This document shows positions 1 to 12,452 of a stretch of 64,000 bases of DNA, piece after piece. Made by a program: the position numbers and the translations under genes. Positions within the stretch are counted from its first letter, which is position 1. The number at the start of each line of letters is the position of its first letter. The notes under the pieces are model-generated. The model was not told the DNA's origin and ran no database searches. It saw only the letters and a list, made by a program, of their open reading frames with translations. The DNA comes from Bilabrum cf. latius (taxonomy: Eukaryota): contig OZ237735.1 of assembly GCA_965178125.1 (NCBI GenBank), forward strand, positions 1-64,000, written 5' to 3'.

Positions 1-36
<36 letters not shown>

Positions 37-472
37 CCCTAACCCTAACCCTAACCCTAACCCTAACCCTAACCCTAACCCTAACCCTAACCCTAACCCT
101 AACCCTAACCCTAACCCTAACCCTAACCCTAACCCTAACCCTAACCCTAACCCTAACCCTAACCCTAACCCTAACCCTAACCCTAACCCTAACCCTAACC
201 CTAACCCTAACCCTAACCCTAACCCTAACCCTAACCCTAACCCTAACCCTAACCCTAACCCTAACCCTAACCCTAACCCTAACCCTAACCCTAACCCTAA
301 CCCTAACCCTAACCCTAACCCTAACCCTAACCCTAACCCTAACCCTAACCCTAACCCTAACCCTAACCCTAACCCTAACCCTAACCCTAACCCTAACCCT
401 AACCCTAACCCTAACCCTAACCCTAACCCTAACCCTAACCCTAACCCTAACCTAAACCCCCCCTAACCCTAA
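1..472 (+). repeat. Terminal telomere (CCCTAA)n, i.e. TTAGGG on the minus strand
   Basis: Near-perfect CCCTAA array from base 1, with degenerate copies at the inner edge (about 451-472). Confidence 0.98.
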
Positions 473-795
473 GCAGTTTGACCACCAGCATGCATCACGG
501 CGAATGGTAGAGTCAGAGCCATGAAATCCATGTGTTCCAGGATATGTGATCTCGGATTGCCGAAGTAGCCCGGCGTGGCATTTTTATAGAATGCATATTC
601 AAACGCACTCATGCCGCATCTGGTTGCTGAGCTATCGGGACTTGCGCAAATGTTTGGGCTAGCCCGAATCTTTGATCCATGTTTTCTCAGCCCGGAAATA
701 TGTCCAATGCCTTACACCTTCCACATGATGTCTACGCACCTCTGTTCCCTGGAATTACTCGGAGTTTCATAATTTTCAACCAAGTCTCACTCTTA

Positions 796-1255
796 CCGGT
801 CTGTGACATGCACCCTATTCCTAGCCTTGCCCCTTTGTGGGGGAGTTGCAAATTCGATTTGCTGATTCATGAGTTTGTATTATTGCACTGTATCATTTAC
901 GGTACTTGGTTTTCTGACATGATTAAAAAATCCACCCAATTTTCGGGGCCAACCTCCTCTCGCCGGTATATGACATACACCCTATTCCTAGCCTTGCCCC
1001 TTTGTGGGGGAGTTGCAAATTTGATTTGCTGATTCATGAGTTTGCATTATTGCACTGTATCATTTACGGTACTTGGTTTTCTGACATGATTAAAAAATCC
1101 ACCCAATTTTCGGGGCCAACCTCCTCTCGCCGGTATATGACATACACCCTATTCCTAGCCTTGCCCCTTTGTGGGGGAGTTGCAAATTCGATTTGCTGAT
1201 TCATGAGTTTGCATTATTGCACTGTATCATTTACGGTACTTGGTTTTCTGACATT
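796..1255. repeat. Subtelomeric tandem repeat, 167-bp unit, about 2.7 copies
   Basis: CACCCTATTCCTAGCCTTGCCCC recurs at 811, 978 and 1145 (period 167). Confidence 0.93.
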
Positions 1256-1551
1256 AATGAAGATCGCCAGTCACCCAGTCACTGTGGGCGTGGCGCCGAC
1301 CAGATGAGCACTTACTTGTATTGCTCGATTGCTCGAGAGCTGTGTGCCAGCCATTCTCCAAACTTCGCACACATGACACATGATGATGACTCAAAGTGCG
1401 AATGAACGGCTGAAATCAAGAAATCTCATTTACAGCTAATGAACGCCCCTAAGGAAAACCTCTTACCTAACCCGAACCCATGTACGTATGCAAACCCAAC
1501 CATGTAGGTGTGCAAACCCCATACTTGCAATGCTTGATGTAATAGAATCAC

Positions 1552-3201
1552 GGGGAACATTTGCCCCCAGTTGTGGTCCCAGGCCGTCCCGATGCAGTTT
1601 GAACGGTCTTCATATCTCATCTGGTTGCCGAGATCGCCGCGCGCATTTTTTCTGCATGACAATCTTCGTCCCACCATACTGTCGCCGCGCGGTATAAACG
1701 GAACCTGGGGAACATTTGCCCCCTGTTGTGGTCCCAGGCCGTCCCGATGCAGTTTGAACGGTCTTCATATCTCCTGTGGTTGCCGAGATCGCCGCGCGCA
1801 TTTTTTCTGCCTGAAAATCTTCGTCCCCCCATACTGTCGCCGCGCGGTCAAAACGGAATCTGGGGAACATTTTCCCCACATTGTACCCCCAGGCCGTCCC
1901 GATGCAGTATGAACGGTCTTCATATCTCATCTGGTTGCCGAGATCGTCGCGCGCATTTTTTCTGCATGACAATCTTCGTCCAGCCATATTGTCGCCGCGC
2001 GGTATAAACGGAACCTGGGGAACATTTGCCCCCAGTTGTGGTCCCAGGCCGTCCCGATGCAGTTTGAACGGTCTTCATATCTCATCTGGTTGCCGAGATC
2101 GCCGCGCGCATTTTTTCTGCATGACAATCTTCGTCCAGCCATATTGTCGCCGCGCGGTATAAACGGAACCTGGGGAACATTTGCCCCCAGTTGTGGTCCC
2201 AGGCCGTCCCGATGCAGTTTGAACGGTCTTCATATCTCATCTGGTTGCCGAGATCGTCGCGCGCATTTTTTCTGCATGACAATCTTCGTCCAGCCATATT
2301 GTCGCCGCGCGGTCAAAACGGAACCTGGGGAACATTTGCCCCACATTGTACCCCCAGGCCGTCCCGATGCAGTTTGAACGGTCTTCATATCTCATCTGGT
2401 TGCCGAGATCGTCGCGCGCATTTTTTCTGCATGACAATCTTCGTCCAGCCATATTGTCGCCGCGCGGTCAAAACGGAACCTGGGGAACATTTGCCCCCTG
2501 TTGTGGTCCCAGGCCGTCCCGATGCAGTTTGAACGGTCTTCATATCTCATCTGGTTGCCGAGATCGTCGCGCGCATTTTTTCTGCATGACAATCTTCGTC
2601 CAGCCATATTGTCGCCGCGCGGTCAAAACGGAACCTGGGGAACATTTGCCCCACATTGTACCCCCAGGCCGTCCCGATGCAGTTTGAACGGTCTTCATAT
2701 CTCATCTGGTTGCCGAGATCGTCGCGCGCATTTTTTCTGCATGACAATCTTCGTCCAGCCATATTGTCGCCGCGCGGTCAAAACGGAACCTGGGGAACAT
2801 TTGCCCCCTGTTGTGGTCCCAGGCCGTCCCGATGCAGTTTGAACGGTCTTCATATCTCATCTGGTTGCCGAGATCGTCGCGCGCATTTTTTCTGCATGAC
2901 AATCTTCGTCCAGCCATATTGTCGCCGCGCGGTCAAAACGGAACCTGGGGAACATTTGCCCCACATTGTACCCCCAGGCCGTCCCGATGCAGTTTGAACG
3001 GTCTTCATATCTCATCTGGTTGCCGAGATCGTCGCGCGCATTTTTTCTGCATGACAATCTTCGTCCAGCCATATTGTCGCCGCGCGGTATAAACGGAACC
3101 TGGGGAACATTTGCCCAACATTGTACCCCCAGGCCGTCCCGATGCAGTTTGAACGGTCCTCATATCTCATCTGGTTGCCGAGATCGTCGCGCGCATTTTT
3201 T
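1552..3201. repeat. Subtelomeric satellite, 155-bp unit, about 10.6 copies
   Basis: GGGGAACATTT starts at 1552, 1707, 1862, 2017, 2172, 2327, 2482, 2637, 2792, 2947 and 3102. Confidence 0.97.
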
Positions 3202-3263
3202 CGACAAAAAGTGAAGATGAAAATTTTTTTTCCCCGACCCTGTCCCTGACTTTATATTAGATA

Positions 3264-3481
3264 CCCTAACCCTAACCCTAACCCTAACCCTAACCCTAAC
3301 CCTAACCCTAACCCTAACCCTAACCCTAACCCTAACCCTAACCCTAACCCTAACCCTAACCCTAACCCTAACCCTAACCCTAACCCTAACCCTAACCCTA
3401 ACCCTAACCCTAACCCTAACCCTAACCCTAACCCTAACCCTAACCCTAACCCTAACCCTAACCCTAACCCTAACCCTAACC

Positions 3482-3512
<31 letters not shown>

Positions 3513-3528
3513 TAACCCTAACCCCCTA
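3264..3528 (+). repeat. Internal telomeric tract (CCCTAA)n, about 44 units
   Basis: Perfect array with a sharp left edge (GATA|CCCTAA) and a degenerate right edge. Confidence 0.97.
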
Positions 3529-3692
3529 CCCGTGCTCGTACTCATCAAGCTCATTGCAGGTCGGCTGGTGCAAGGGCAAAGGCAACTCAGGTGGGAGCCT
3601 CGGCCATGAGCAATCTGGATTGAATATGCCTGAGGCTGCTGCACAGTGGACCATGGTGGCCACTAGCACATGCTTTGAATGGCCAACTCTTT

Positions 3693-4188
3693 GCCGGAAC
3701 ACATGCAATCGCTGCGTTTCAAGTGTCTAATCGTATGTACACATCGCGAGGCACACAATGGTGTCTATACATATCGACTCCGGATCCACCCCATGGCGGC
3801 ACACGGCCCTGACGGATTTCACTGACCCTGCGGAACCGCGGCGCCGCGGTACCTGACACCACCTGGTGTGTGTTCCCCGGGTGGCATGGACCCCGATACA
3901 TCTGCTGCATCGAAAACCAAACATCAAACGCTCATCTGTAGACCTGGACACGCCCGAACGCATAGGTCGGATCTCCGACTGATTTTGGAGATCCGACCTG
4001 CGCAAAAAAGTCGGATGTCCTCCATATCTCGGCCGGAACACATGCAATCGCTGCGTTTCAAGTGTCTAATCGTATGTACACATCGCGGGGCACACAATGG
4101 TGTCTATACATATCGACTCCGGATCCACCCCATGGCGGCACACGGCCCTGACGGATTTCACTGACCCTGCGGAACCGCGGCGCCGCGG
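3693..4188. repeat. Direct repeat of about 157 bp (3693-3849 and 4032-4188)
   Basis: Near-identical GCCGGAACACATGCAATCG...GCGCCGCGG copies 339 bp apart. Confidence 0.92.
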
Positions 4189-4325
4189 AGAGTTATGACC
4201 CGATTCGGAGTTGTAACCTAGGTTTTAAAGCATGCCCAATCAGAATATATTGATCTTGTTCCCTGAGCCGCGCTTGCGTAAAAGCCGAAAATGGCCGACC
4301 CTAAGTATAAGTTGACCCCCTGATA

Positions 4326-4594
4326 CCCTAACCCTAACCCTAACCCTAACCCTAACCCTAACCCTAACCCTAACCCTAACCCTAACCCTAACCCTAACCC
4401 TAACCCTAACCCTAACCCTAACCCTAACCCTAACCCTAACCCTAACCCTAACCCTAACCCTAACCCTAACCCTAACCCTAACCCTAACCCTAACCCTAAC
4501 CCTAACCCTAACCCTAACCCTAACCCTAACCCTAACCCTAACCCTAACCCTAACCCTAACCCTAACCCTAACCCTAACCCTAACCCTAACCCTA
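4326..4594 (+). repeat. Second internal telomeric tract (CCCTAA)n, about 45 units
   Basis: Perfect array, again preceded by GATA. Confidence 0.97.
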
Positions 4595-4917
4595 TGATCT
4601 CGAGCTATCGAATGATATAAGTCTCGATTTGTGAATCGAAATTTGAATTTTCGCCAACTGCCAACCTACAAGTAGCCCTGGCACAGCTGGGTGCCAACCG
4701 CCAACCTGGGCATATCTCGCTCAATATTGGAAATGAGTGCCGCCAACCAACCATCAAAGTGATCTACTCATCAAGACGCATCCGATGGGACCACTCAATA
4801 TCGACTCCGGACCACTAGGCGAAACCGCTCCTAGAAGGAGTTTTCACCAATCCTGCGGAACTGGCGCCGCGAATGCCCAACCTGGGCACACAAGCTATGC
4901 ATACCATATTGTTGGCC

Positions 4918-5199
4918 AGGTCGGGTGTGCGGGCGATGGATGGGGTCATGGTGCCTGTGCTGGTGCAAACAGGTTGGGTGTGTGGGCGATGGATGGGGCC
5001 ATGGTGCCTGTGGTGGGGTTAGCAGGTCGGGTGTGTGGGCGATGGATGGGGTCATGGTGCCTGTGCTGGTGCAAGCAGGTTGGGTGTGTGGGCGATGGAT
5101 GGGGCCATGGTGCCTGTGGTGGGGTTAGCAGGTCGGGTGTGCGGGCGATGGATGGGGCCATGGTGCCTGTGCTGGTGCAAGCAGGTTGGGTGTGTGGGC
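4918..5199 (+). repeat. G-rich minisatellite, about 53-bp units arranged as 106-bp dimers
   Basis: GGTCGGGTGTG at 4919, 5025 and 5131; GGGCGATGGATGGGG recurs about every 53 bp. Confidence 0.9.
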
Positions 5200-6296
5200 C
5201 TAACCCGTGGCCTTGGGGGGGTCTAATCCAGGCAAGTGGGGGGCTCTAGTAGTTTGTGAAAAAGTCGTATGATCACATTCAATCATCATCACCGCCTTCG
5301 AGATCTCGCACTGGACCCTCGTCCAACGCTTATCGGATTCTCAGTGGCACTCATCGAGACTCCCGAGTTCACTCAGGATGATCCAGCAACACCTATGCCC
5401 CGCCGTGGTGAGGTTGTGGTGCAGCTGGAGCTCCTGGCTCCTCGGGGCTCGATCTCTTGAGGAGGTGCTTCGCCAGGATCAGCAGCTGCGGCTACTCCTC
5501 CATGGACTCCGCCCTGCGCGTTGAGTGCGACCGGCATTGCCCCCTGCTGCTGGTTGGCTTCAGCTTCGGCCTGCTCACCTCCCGAGGCCCCCGTACCGCA
5601 CCGTCCCCTCCTTCACACCACCGGCAAGAAAGTATAGGCCGAGGTGGTCCAGAGGATTCTGTAGGCACTACTTGCATCGGGGGTGGCGCCGTTACCGGCA
5701 TCCTTCGCCAAGCAGGTACCCCTCCGCCCGGAGGACTACTCCCTTGGGTGCGAGGTCAGATCCCCGGGCGCGGTAGGCCTAGTATCCAGGCAAGTGGGGG
5801 GAGTGGGGGCAAGTGGGGTCTGAAATTTGGTGGACTCAAATCAAAAGCGCACGCTATCCCGAGATAACCTCCGGAACGAGTGCCCGGGACCTACCGGACT
5901 TCACGCTTCAATGGCCTAAACCACCTAAGCTCCACCCTGAGGACCCATTTCCCCCTGGGGAGCGTCAGCATTCACGCTCCCTCCGGCGCCCGCCACGGGC
6001 ACCCCGTACTGCTGCCCGTTCTGAGCAAACCCTGCCTTGACTTTGGCAGCCGCCACGGCTACAGCCAGGCTGGCAAAGTCCTCCCGGACCGCCCGTACGA
6101 GCCTTCGCTGCAGCCCTCCTCGATCCCTTCGACACAAAATCGAGGATCCTTGAGTTGTCCTGCATGCTGGGGGGCAAGTGGGTTTTCGCGATAGCGTGGG
6201 CTTTTGAGGATAGTTTACCCAATCGGATATCAGATCCAGATTCGCTGCTTCCACTTGCCGCTGCCCCCGACATGGGGGCAGGAAGGGCCGAGAGAA

Positions 6297-7211
6297 ATGT
6301 GTGGACAGATGTCCCGGTGTGGACAGATTCCGGATAGACGGATCCCCCTCTCCCGGCCAGAACGTCACAATACTCCCAAGTTTACGCACATGTTTATCAA
6401 CACATCGCAAGGAAACTCACGTGAAGCTGTTCTGAAGCCCAAATTGTCGGACACAAAAGGTACAGCTGGTGGCAAGACCAAGAAAAGGGGTAAAAGCTCC
6501 ATACCGCCTAAAAAAACCGGGGCTGCAAGCTGGACAAGCCACTTCGTACGCGATGCTAGTGACTCCAGCAAGCGAATGTTTCTATCAAAAGATGGCCATG
6601 ATCGTGGTGCAGACTGGCACGGTGGATCGACCGGCGCGGCCGGCGCCGATGCAACGACGTTCCGACCGAGCAGCAAGGGACGGCGGGGGCCAAAATATGA
6701 AAAGGCATCCTTCTCTATGGATTATGGATTGTACTGTATTTAGGATAGCTCCTTTTGGAAGTTGAAGGGCATTCGTGTCAAAGTCCATGTCAGCCTCCGC
6801 ATGGTCGACTTCCAGGCATCCGGAACCCGAGAGGATCTCCACCTTTGGCGAGAGATGATGCGAGATGCTGAGGACAGAGCGGCGTGCATGAGGGGAGCCT
6901 CAGGCCTGGCTCGATAGTCTGGGAAAAGCACCGGCAGATCGCGTGCCATGCCCTCAGAATTCAAGCACTTCTCCCACCCAGCCCACGCCGCTGCCAAGCG
7001 AGGTGGTGGGGGATTCGGGTCCGCTAGTGGCAGTAGCATCAGAAGCAGTGGCTCACCTGGCCGATTCAGTGGCTCCCGAGGCGCCATTTCTTCTGCCGCC
7101 ACTGGCAGCTCGTCTATTCGTCGTACCAGTGGCAGCGGAGGCCGTGGTGGTTCAACAGCTGACTGGGCAATGCCTTGCTCGTCGGTTGCAAGGGAGCACT
7201 ATGCCTATTGA
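6297..7211 (+). CDS. Subtelomeric orphan ORF, about 304 aa, open only with TAG=Gln
   Basis: Track ORFs 6204..6743 and 6948..7211 are in one frame, separated only by two TAGs; ends in TGA. Lys-rich patch and Gly/Ser/Arg-rich tail; no recognised domain. Confidence 0.35.
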
Positions 7212-7734
7212 CTTGAAATGAAGTGATTCTTATGTTTTTTGTGTGTGGTGGTTCGTTTGGTAGCAAGCATGTCAACTCTGCAAATTGCAAGCCTTGCATT
7301 GCCCCCCACTCGTTGAGTCGCAAACCCTAGAAGTACCTGCCAGAACCCCATTCAAGTCGCCTCCAGGTCCTTGTTGAAGGCCCCCCGCTACGACTGATGG
7401 ACTGGAATTATTGTTGATTTATCAGCCTTAACCGAAGGAAATAATGTTTATCTCAGATGACCGTAGCGGGGTCCCCCGGGGAGTGAAAGTACTACTCGCA
7501 ATATTTAATTGATGCAAATTAGGAGCTATCCCGGTCCGACCTTAGCCGAAGCGTGGTGCTGCCGCACAGCGGACATATACATTCTTAACACAACATGTCA
7601 ACTTTCGCGGCGCCTCACCTTTCCTTAGATCTAGGCTGGGATGCGGTCAAGATCCGATCGGCTTGTACTACGATGCCTCACGATTGATTGCCACTTGATA
7701 GGCATAGAAGACTCAGTACATCAGTACTAGAACC

Positions 7735-9461
7735 ATGAGTGTTGCAGCTGGTGGTGATTCAAATACAGTTGTGATAGTTGGAGCCGGGCTTGCAGGGGCG
7801 ATGGCGGCTTTACACTTCGCTAGGCGGCGTGATGGCGGCAAGCAGTACAAAGTCATCCTGGTTGAGAGGCGCCCAGACTTCCGGAAGTAGCGCGTCAGAC
7901 TGGAGCAAACGAAGTAAGTTGGTATCTACACGTGCAATTGGTGCTGAACGCGCTGAGCATAGCTTCTCGATGACCTGCACACCTTCGCTTTCAACGCTGA
8001 CGTTGCCGTTCGAAGTTGCGTTCAGCTCGCAGGGAATATGGCGCTTCAATCGATTCGCTCAAGAGAAGCATCAATCTAGCTCTTTCAGAGCGCGGGCGCT
8101 CTGCTCTGCGTAGCGTAGGCTTAGAAAAGGATGTCTTGCAGTTCTGCATCCCAATGAAGTAGCGAGCCATGCATCCCAAGTCGGCAAAAGGACTAGCAGA
8201 CGGGTTGGTGCTGCAGCCATACGACCAATCATTTGGTCGGTGCATCTATTCTGTGTCTCGGGAAGAGCTCAGTAGGGTCCTTCTTGATCGGCTGGAGTCA
8301 CACCACGCTGACAACGTCGAGCTCATGTTTTGCACCAAGCTGGATAGCATGGCAAAGGATGGAGCTCTTACGTTGATCGAAGTTGACGAGGATGCCAAGG
8401 CTGTCAAGGACGGCAAGACGACGAAGCTGAACCCGCGCTTGACCATCGGAGCAGACGGGGCATACTCTGCAGTGCGCGGGGCGATGCTGCGCCAGAGCAG
8501 GGCCTCCTACAGCCGCATGTTCATCCCGCACTCCTACAAGGAGTTCGATATCCCGCCGCTGGGCCCAGGGGAGAAAGTGGGAGATCCCGTTAAGCTGGAT
8601 TCCGCCGGTGCGAGTGCTGCGTCGGGGGCAGCAACCGGTGGTGCGGGGCTGGAGCCACGCTACAGGCTGCCTGAGCCAAACTCTCTGCACATCTGGCCTA
8701 GGCATGAGTTCATGCTCATCGCTCTTCCCAACCCAACTGGATCATTCACGTGCACGCTGTTCGCCCCGAACTCGACGTTCAAGCAGCTGGACGAGGGCGG
8801 GGACGAGGCGGTCTGCAAGTTCTTCAAGACCAACTTCCCCGATGTGACGCCGGCCATTGGAGACGTGGAGCAGCAGTACAGAGACAACCCAGCTGGATCG
8901 CTGGTCACGGTCCGGGTGAAGCCCTGGAACATCGGCAGCCGCGCCCTGCTGATCGGGGACGCGGCCCACGCAGTCGTGCCCTTCTATGGACAAGGCATGA
9001 ATGCTGCCTTCGAGGACGCGCTGATGCTGGACGAAACTCTGACTGAGTGCGGGGGAGACCTAGACGAGGCGGTCAAGAAGTTCGCGAAGGAGAGGCAGCC
9101 GGCCGCTGACGGGCTTGCCGACCTCTCATTCGGGAACTACGCCGAGATGGCATCGCATACTGCCCACTCGGGGTTTTTGATCCAGAAGAAAGTCGAGGGT
9201 CTGCTTGAGCGGATGGCACCCAAGTGGTGGATCCCACTCTACTCGATGGTGTCCTTCGAGCGAGTGCCCTACCACGAGGCCAAGGCGCGGGGAGAGAGGC
9301 AGGACGCTGCCATGGCCTGGGCCTTCTCGGCCGGCCTGGCTGCAGCGACTGCTGCTGCTGGCATAACGGCGTGGCAACTGGCAGCAAAGCGTGGGGCTGT
9401 CAGCGTCTCGCCGCTCCAGGCGGTGAGGAAAGGGCTCACAGGCTTGGCTAGCTGGCTCTGA
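7735..9461 (+). CDS. KMO: Kynurenine 3-monooxygenase (FAD-dependent), 535 aa
   Basis: Motifs VIVGAGLAG, RSINLALSERG, IGADGAYSAVR, LHIWPR and LIGDAAHAVVPFYGQGMNAAFED. Intron 7914-8032; in-frame TAG at 7888 and 8160; TGA stop. Confidence 0.93.
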
Positions 9462-9581
9462 TCTGGATGCACAGCAGTGTGTGTTTTGCGTGACACTAAG
9501 CTTAAATCTGAAACTTTGTTTTGACTCTGCACGCTCTTTGTTAACTTCTCAAGGACACTACTAGCATACTTGCATTCCTGT

Positions 9582-11888
9582 TCACTGCGCCATCGCTGCC
9601 TTCATGGAGTTGAGGGCAGAGCCGGCCTTAAACCACTCGATCTGCTCTTCGTTGAAGGTCTGGTTCAGCTGCACCTCGAAGGCGGCGGAGCCATCGGCGG
9701 GGTGCACCACCATGGTGACCTGCTTGCCGGGGGCCAGGTCAGCCAGGCCCACGATGTCCACGCGGTCACGGCCGGTGATCCGATCGTAGTCGGCGGGGTC
9801 TGCGAAGGTGAGGGGCAGCATGCCCTGCTTCTTAAGGTTAGTCTCGTGGATGCGGGCGAACGACCGGGTGATCACGGCCTTGCCTCCCAGGAACCGGGGC
9901 TCGAGCGCGGCGTGCTCGCGGGACGAGCCCTCGCCGTAGTTCTCGTCACCGATGACCACCCACCCGATGCCGGCGTCGCGGTAGCGGGCTGCCACTTCCG
10001 GGACCGCGCCGAACTCGCCAGACTCGAGGTGCTCGACCGTGTTGGTCTCCCCGTTCTCGGCGTTGATTGCTCCGATCAGCATGTTGTTGCTGATGTTCTC
10101 GAGGTGACCGCGGTACTTGAGCCATGGCCCGGCCATGGAGATGTGGTCCGTGGTGCACTTGCCCTTGGCCTTGATCAGCACCGGCATGGCCTCGTAGTCC
10201 TTCCCGTCCCAGGCGTGGAAGGGAGTCAGCAGCTGCAGCCTGTCCGACTTGGGGTCCACCTTCACCTCCAGGGAGGCGCCGTCTTCCGGAGGGGCCTGGA
10301 AGGTGTTGCGGCCGGGGTCAAACCCAGAGGGGGGCAGCTCTTTCCCGAAAGGCGCCTCGAACTTGAACTCACCGCCATCAGGGGTGGGGATGGAGTCGGT
10401 CAATGGGTTGAAGCTCAGGCTCGACGCGAAGGACAGCACCGTCACCATTTCGGGGGAGGTCACGAACGAGTGGGTCGCGGGGTTGCCGTCGTTCCTCTTG
10501 GCGAAGTTGCGGTTGTACGACGTCACGATCGAGTTGGCCTCGCCCTCGGGCACGTCACTCCTGTTCCACTGCCCAATGCAGGGGCCGCATGCGTTTGCCA
10601 GCACGGTGCCCCCCGCGCTCTCGAACACCTCAGTGATTCCATCACGGGCGATCGTGGCGCGCACCTGCTCCGAGCCAGGGGTCACGTAGTACTTGTTCTT
10701 GAACTTGAGACCCGCACCCTGGGCCTGCTTGACCAGCTCGGCGCACCGAGTCATGTCCTCGTAGGAAGAGTTGGTGCACGAGCCGATGAGGCCGGCAGAC
10801 ACCGCGTCGGGCCACTCGTTGGCCTTAGCTGCCTCTCCTAGCTTGTCGATGGGATGCGCCAAGTCGGGGGTGAAGGGACCGTTCACGTGGGGCACCAGCT
10901 CGTTGAGGTCGATCTCGATGATCTGGTCATACTCGGCCCCCTCGTCGGCGCGCAGGTTGTGCGCGTTCGCCTCAGCGGCCTTGGCGATGCCGTCACGTCC
11001 AGTGGACCGGAGGTAGTCGGCCATGCGGCTGTTGAACGGGAACGTGGAGCACGTGGCTCCGATCTCTGCTCCCATGTTGCAGATGGTGCCCATGCCCGTG
11101 CACGAGATGGAGTCCACGCCCTCTCCAAAGTACTCCACGATGGCGCCGGTGCCGCCCTTCACGGTCAGGATGTCGGCCACCTTGAGGATGATGTCCTTCG
11201 GGCTGGTCCAGCCACTGAGCTTGCCGCTCAGGTGCACCCCGATCACCTTGGGCGCCTTGAGCTCCCAGGCGAGGCCGGCCATGACGTCCACGGCGTCAGC
11301 GCCGCCCACTCCCACGGCGCACATGCCCAGCCCGCCAGCGTTGGGTGTGTGCGAGTCAGTGCCGATCATGAGGCCACCGGGGAAGGCATAGTTCTCCAGC
11401 ACGATCTGGTGGATGATTCCCGAGCCGGGCTTCCAGAAGCCCATGCCGAACTTGGCCCCGGCCGAGGCGAGGAAGTCGTACACTTCGCGGTTCTGGTCCT
11501 CCGCGCGGGCCAGGTCCTCGTCAGCGCCTGTCTCAGCCGCGATCAAGTGGTCGCAGTGAATGGTGGTAGGAGCCTGTACCTTTGGTAGCCCGGATGAGAT
11601 GAACTGCAGCACGGCCATCTGGGCGGTCGCATCCTGCATCGCGATTCGATCGGGCCTCAGCTTGAGGTACGTCTCGCCACGGACAGGCACCTGCTTTGGG
11701 TCATCTAAATGCCCGTAGATGATCTTCTCTGCAAGGGTGAGGGGCCTGTTTCCAAGAACGCCACGCACGGTCTCGAGCCTGCTCTCCATGCTCGAGTACA
11801 CATCCTCGATCGTGGTGCTGCCCTTCGGGTCCAGCACAGACAGCGGCGTGGTTGACATGGCGCGGCCCAGCCGCGCGCTAGGGGTCAT
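9582..11888 (-). CDS. ACO2: Mitochondrial aconitate hydratase
   Basis: Motifs [43 protein letters not shown] and [13 protein letters not shown] stop; no in-frame TAG. The true start may lie in an upstream exon (candidate ATGs 11971 or 12031, acceptor at 11895). Confidence 0.96.
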   Translation of the reverse strand: MTPSARLGRAMSTTPLSVLDPKGSTTIEDVYSSMESRLETVRGVLGNRPLTLAEKIIYGHLDDPKQVPVRGETYLKLRPDRIAMQDATAQMAVLQFISSGLPKVQAPTTIHCDHLIAAETGADEDLARAEDQNREVYDFLASAGAKFGMGFWKPGSGIIHQIVLENYAFPGGLMIGTDSHTPNAGGLGMCAVGVGGADAVDVMAGLAWELKAPKVIGVHLSGKLSGWTSPKDIILKVADILTVKGGTGAIVEYFGEGVDSISCTGMGTICNMGAEIGATCSTFPFNSRMADYLRSTGRDGIAKAAEANAHNLRADEGAEYDQIIEIDLNELVPHVNGPFTPDLAHPIDKLGEAAKANEWPDAVSAGLIGSCTNSSYEDMTRCAELVKQAQGAGLKFKNKYYVTPGSEQVRATIARDGITEVFESAGGTVLANACGPCIGQWNRSDVPEGEANSIVTSYNRNFAKRNDGNPATHSFVTSPEMVTVLSFASSLSFNPLTDSIPTPDGGEFKFEAPFGKELPPSGFDPGRNTFQAPPEDGASLEVKVDPKSDRLQLLTPFHAWDGKDYEAMPVLIKAKGKCTTDHISMAGPWLKYRGHLENISNNMLIGAINAENGETNTVEHLESGEFGAVPEVAARYRDAGIGWVVIGDENYGEGSSREHAALEPRFLGGKAVITRSFARIHETNLKKQGMLPLTFADPADYDRITGRDRVDIVGLADLAPGKQVTMVVHPADGSAAFEVQLNQTFNEEQIEWFKAGSALNSMKAAMAQ

Positions 11889-12452
11889 GAGAGCCTGCAA
11901 AGTACGATGATTAACCGGTCGCGTTCAGTAAGTTCTAGAAGTAAAACCCAACAGACTTGCAACACCAGCATCCGTGCAGCAGTGCGGTTCCGCCACACAC
12001 AGCCACGAAGGGCATCAGCCAGCCGATACATAGTGAAATCTATTAAAGTTTTAAACGCTGATGCTGTTGATGTGCAACAACATTTGCCTCATAGCGATGC
12101 ATGGGAGCAAGCGAACACTGAAGCAGGGAAGCCGGACGATCTCGCTTTGCTTTACACGCATTGCGTGCTAGCGAAGTGAACCGGGGCCACATCACATGTA
12201 CATATAATTATCAACTCACCCTTGCGGTTCTACTGACGGCACGGCGCATCATGTTGCCGTAACAACGCAGTTCTGCTGCAGGGCGACGATCTGCTGGCCT
12301 CGCTCGTCCAGAAAAATGGAACTAAATAATAACGTGCACTTTACAAGGCGGATGACGATCGCGACGAATCCTTCCACAAAGTGGCTGCACCGCCGTGAAT
12401 TTTGGGGTGCTGTCCTGAGATTTGAAACTTGCTCTAAACTTCCGTTGTCACG

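Noticed and set aside
1552-3201. CRISPR array, 5S rRNA array or spliced-leader array
   Set aside because: There are no unique spacers, the context is eukaryotic, and I recognise no 5S or SL RNA features. An Rfam scan was not run.
679-3214. Numerous 65-125 aa ORFs in the 167- and 155-bp arrays
   Set aside because: They are by-products of tandem repeats whose periods are not multiples of 3, and they show no protein motifs.
473-7300. Autonomous telomeric retrotransposon, Helitron or endogenous virophage
   Set aside because: I found no reverse transcriptase, Rep/helicase, integrase or capsid-like ORF, even with TAG read through. Only non-coding modules are supported.
9570-11588. Long plus-strand ORFs 9570..10841 and 10854..11588
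   Set aside because: They are antisense shadows of GC3-rich aconitase.
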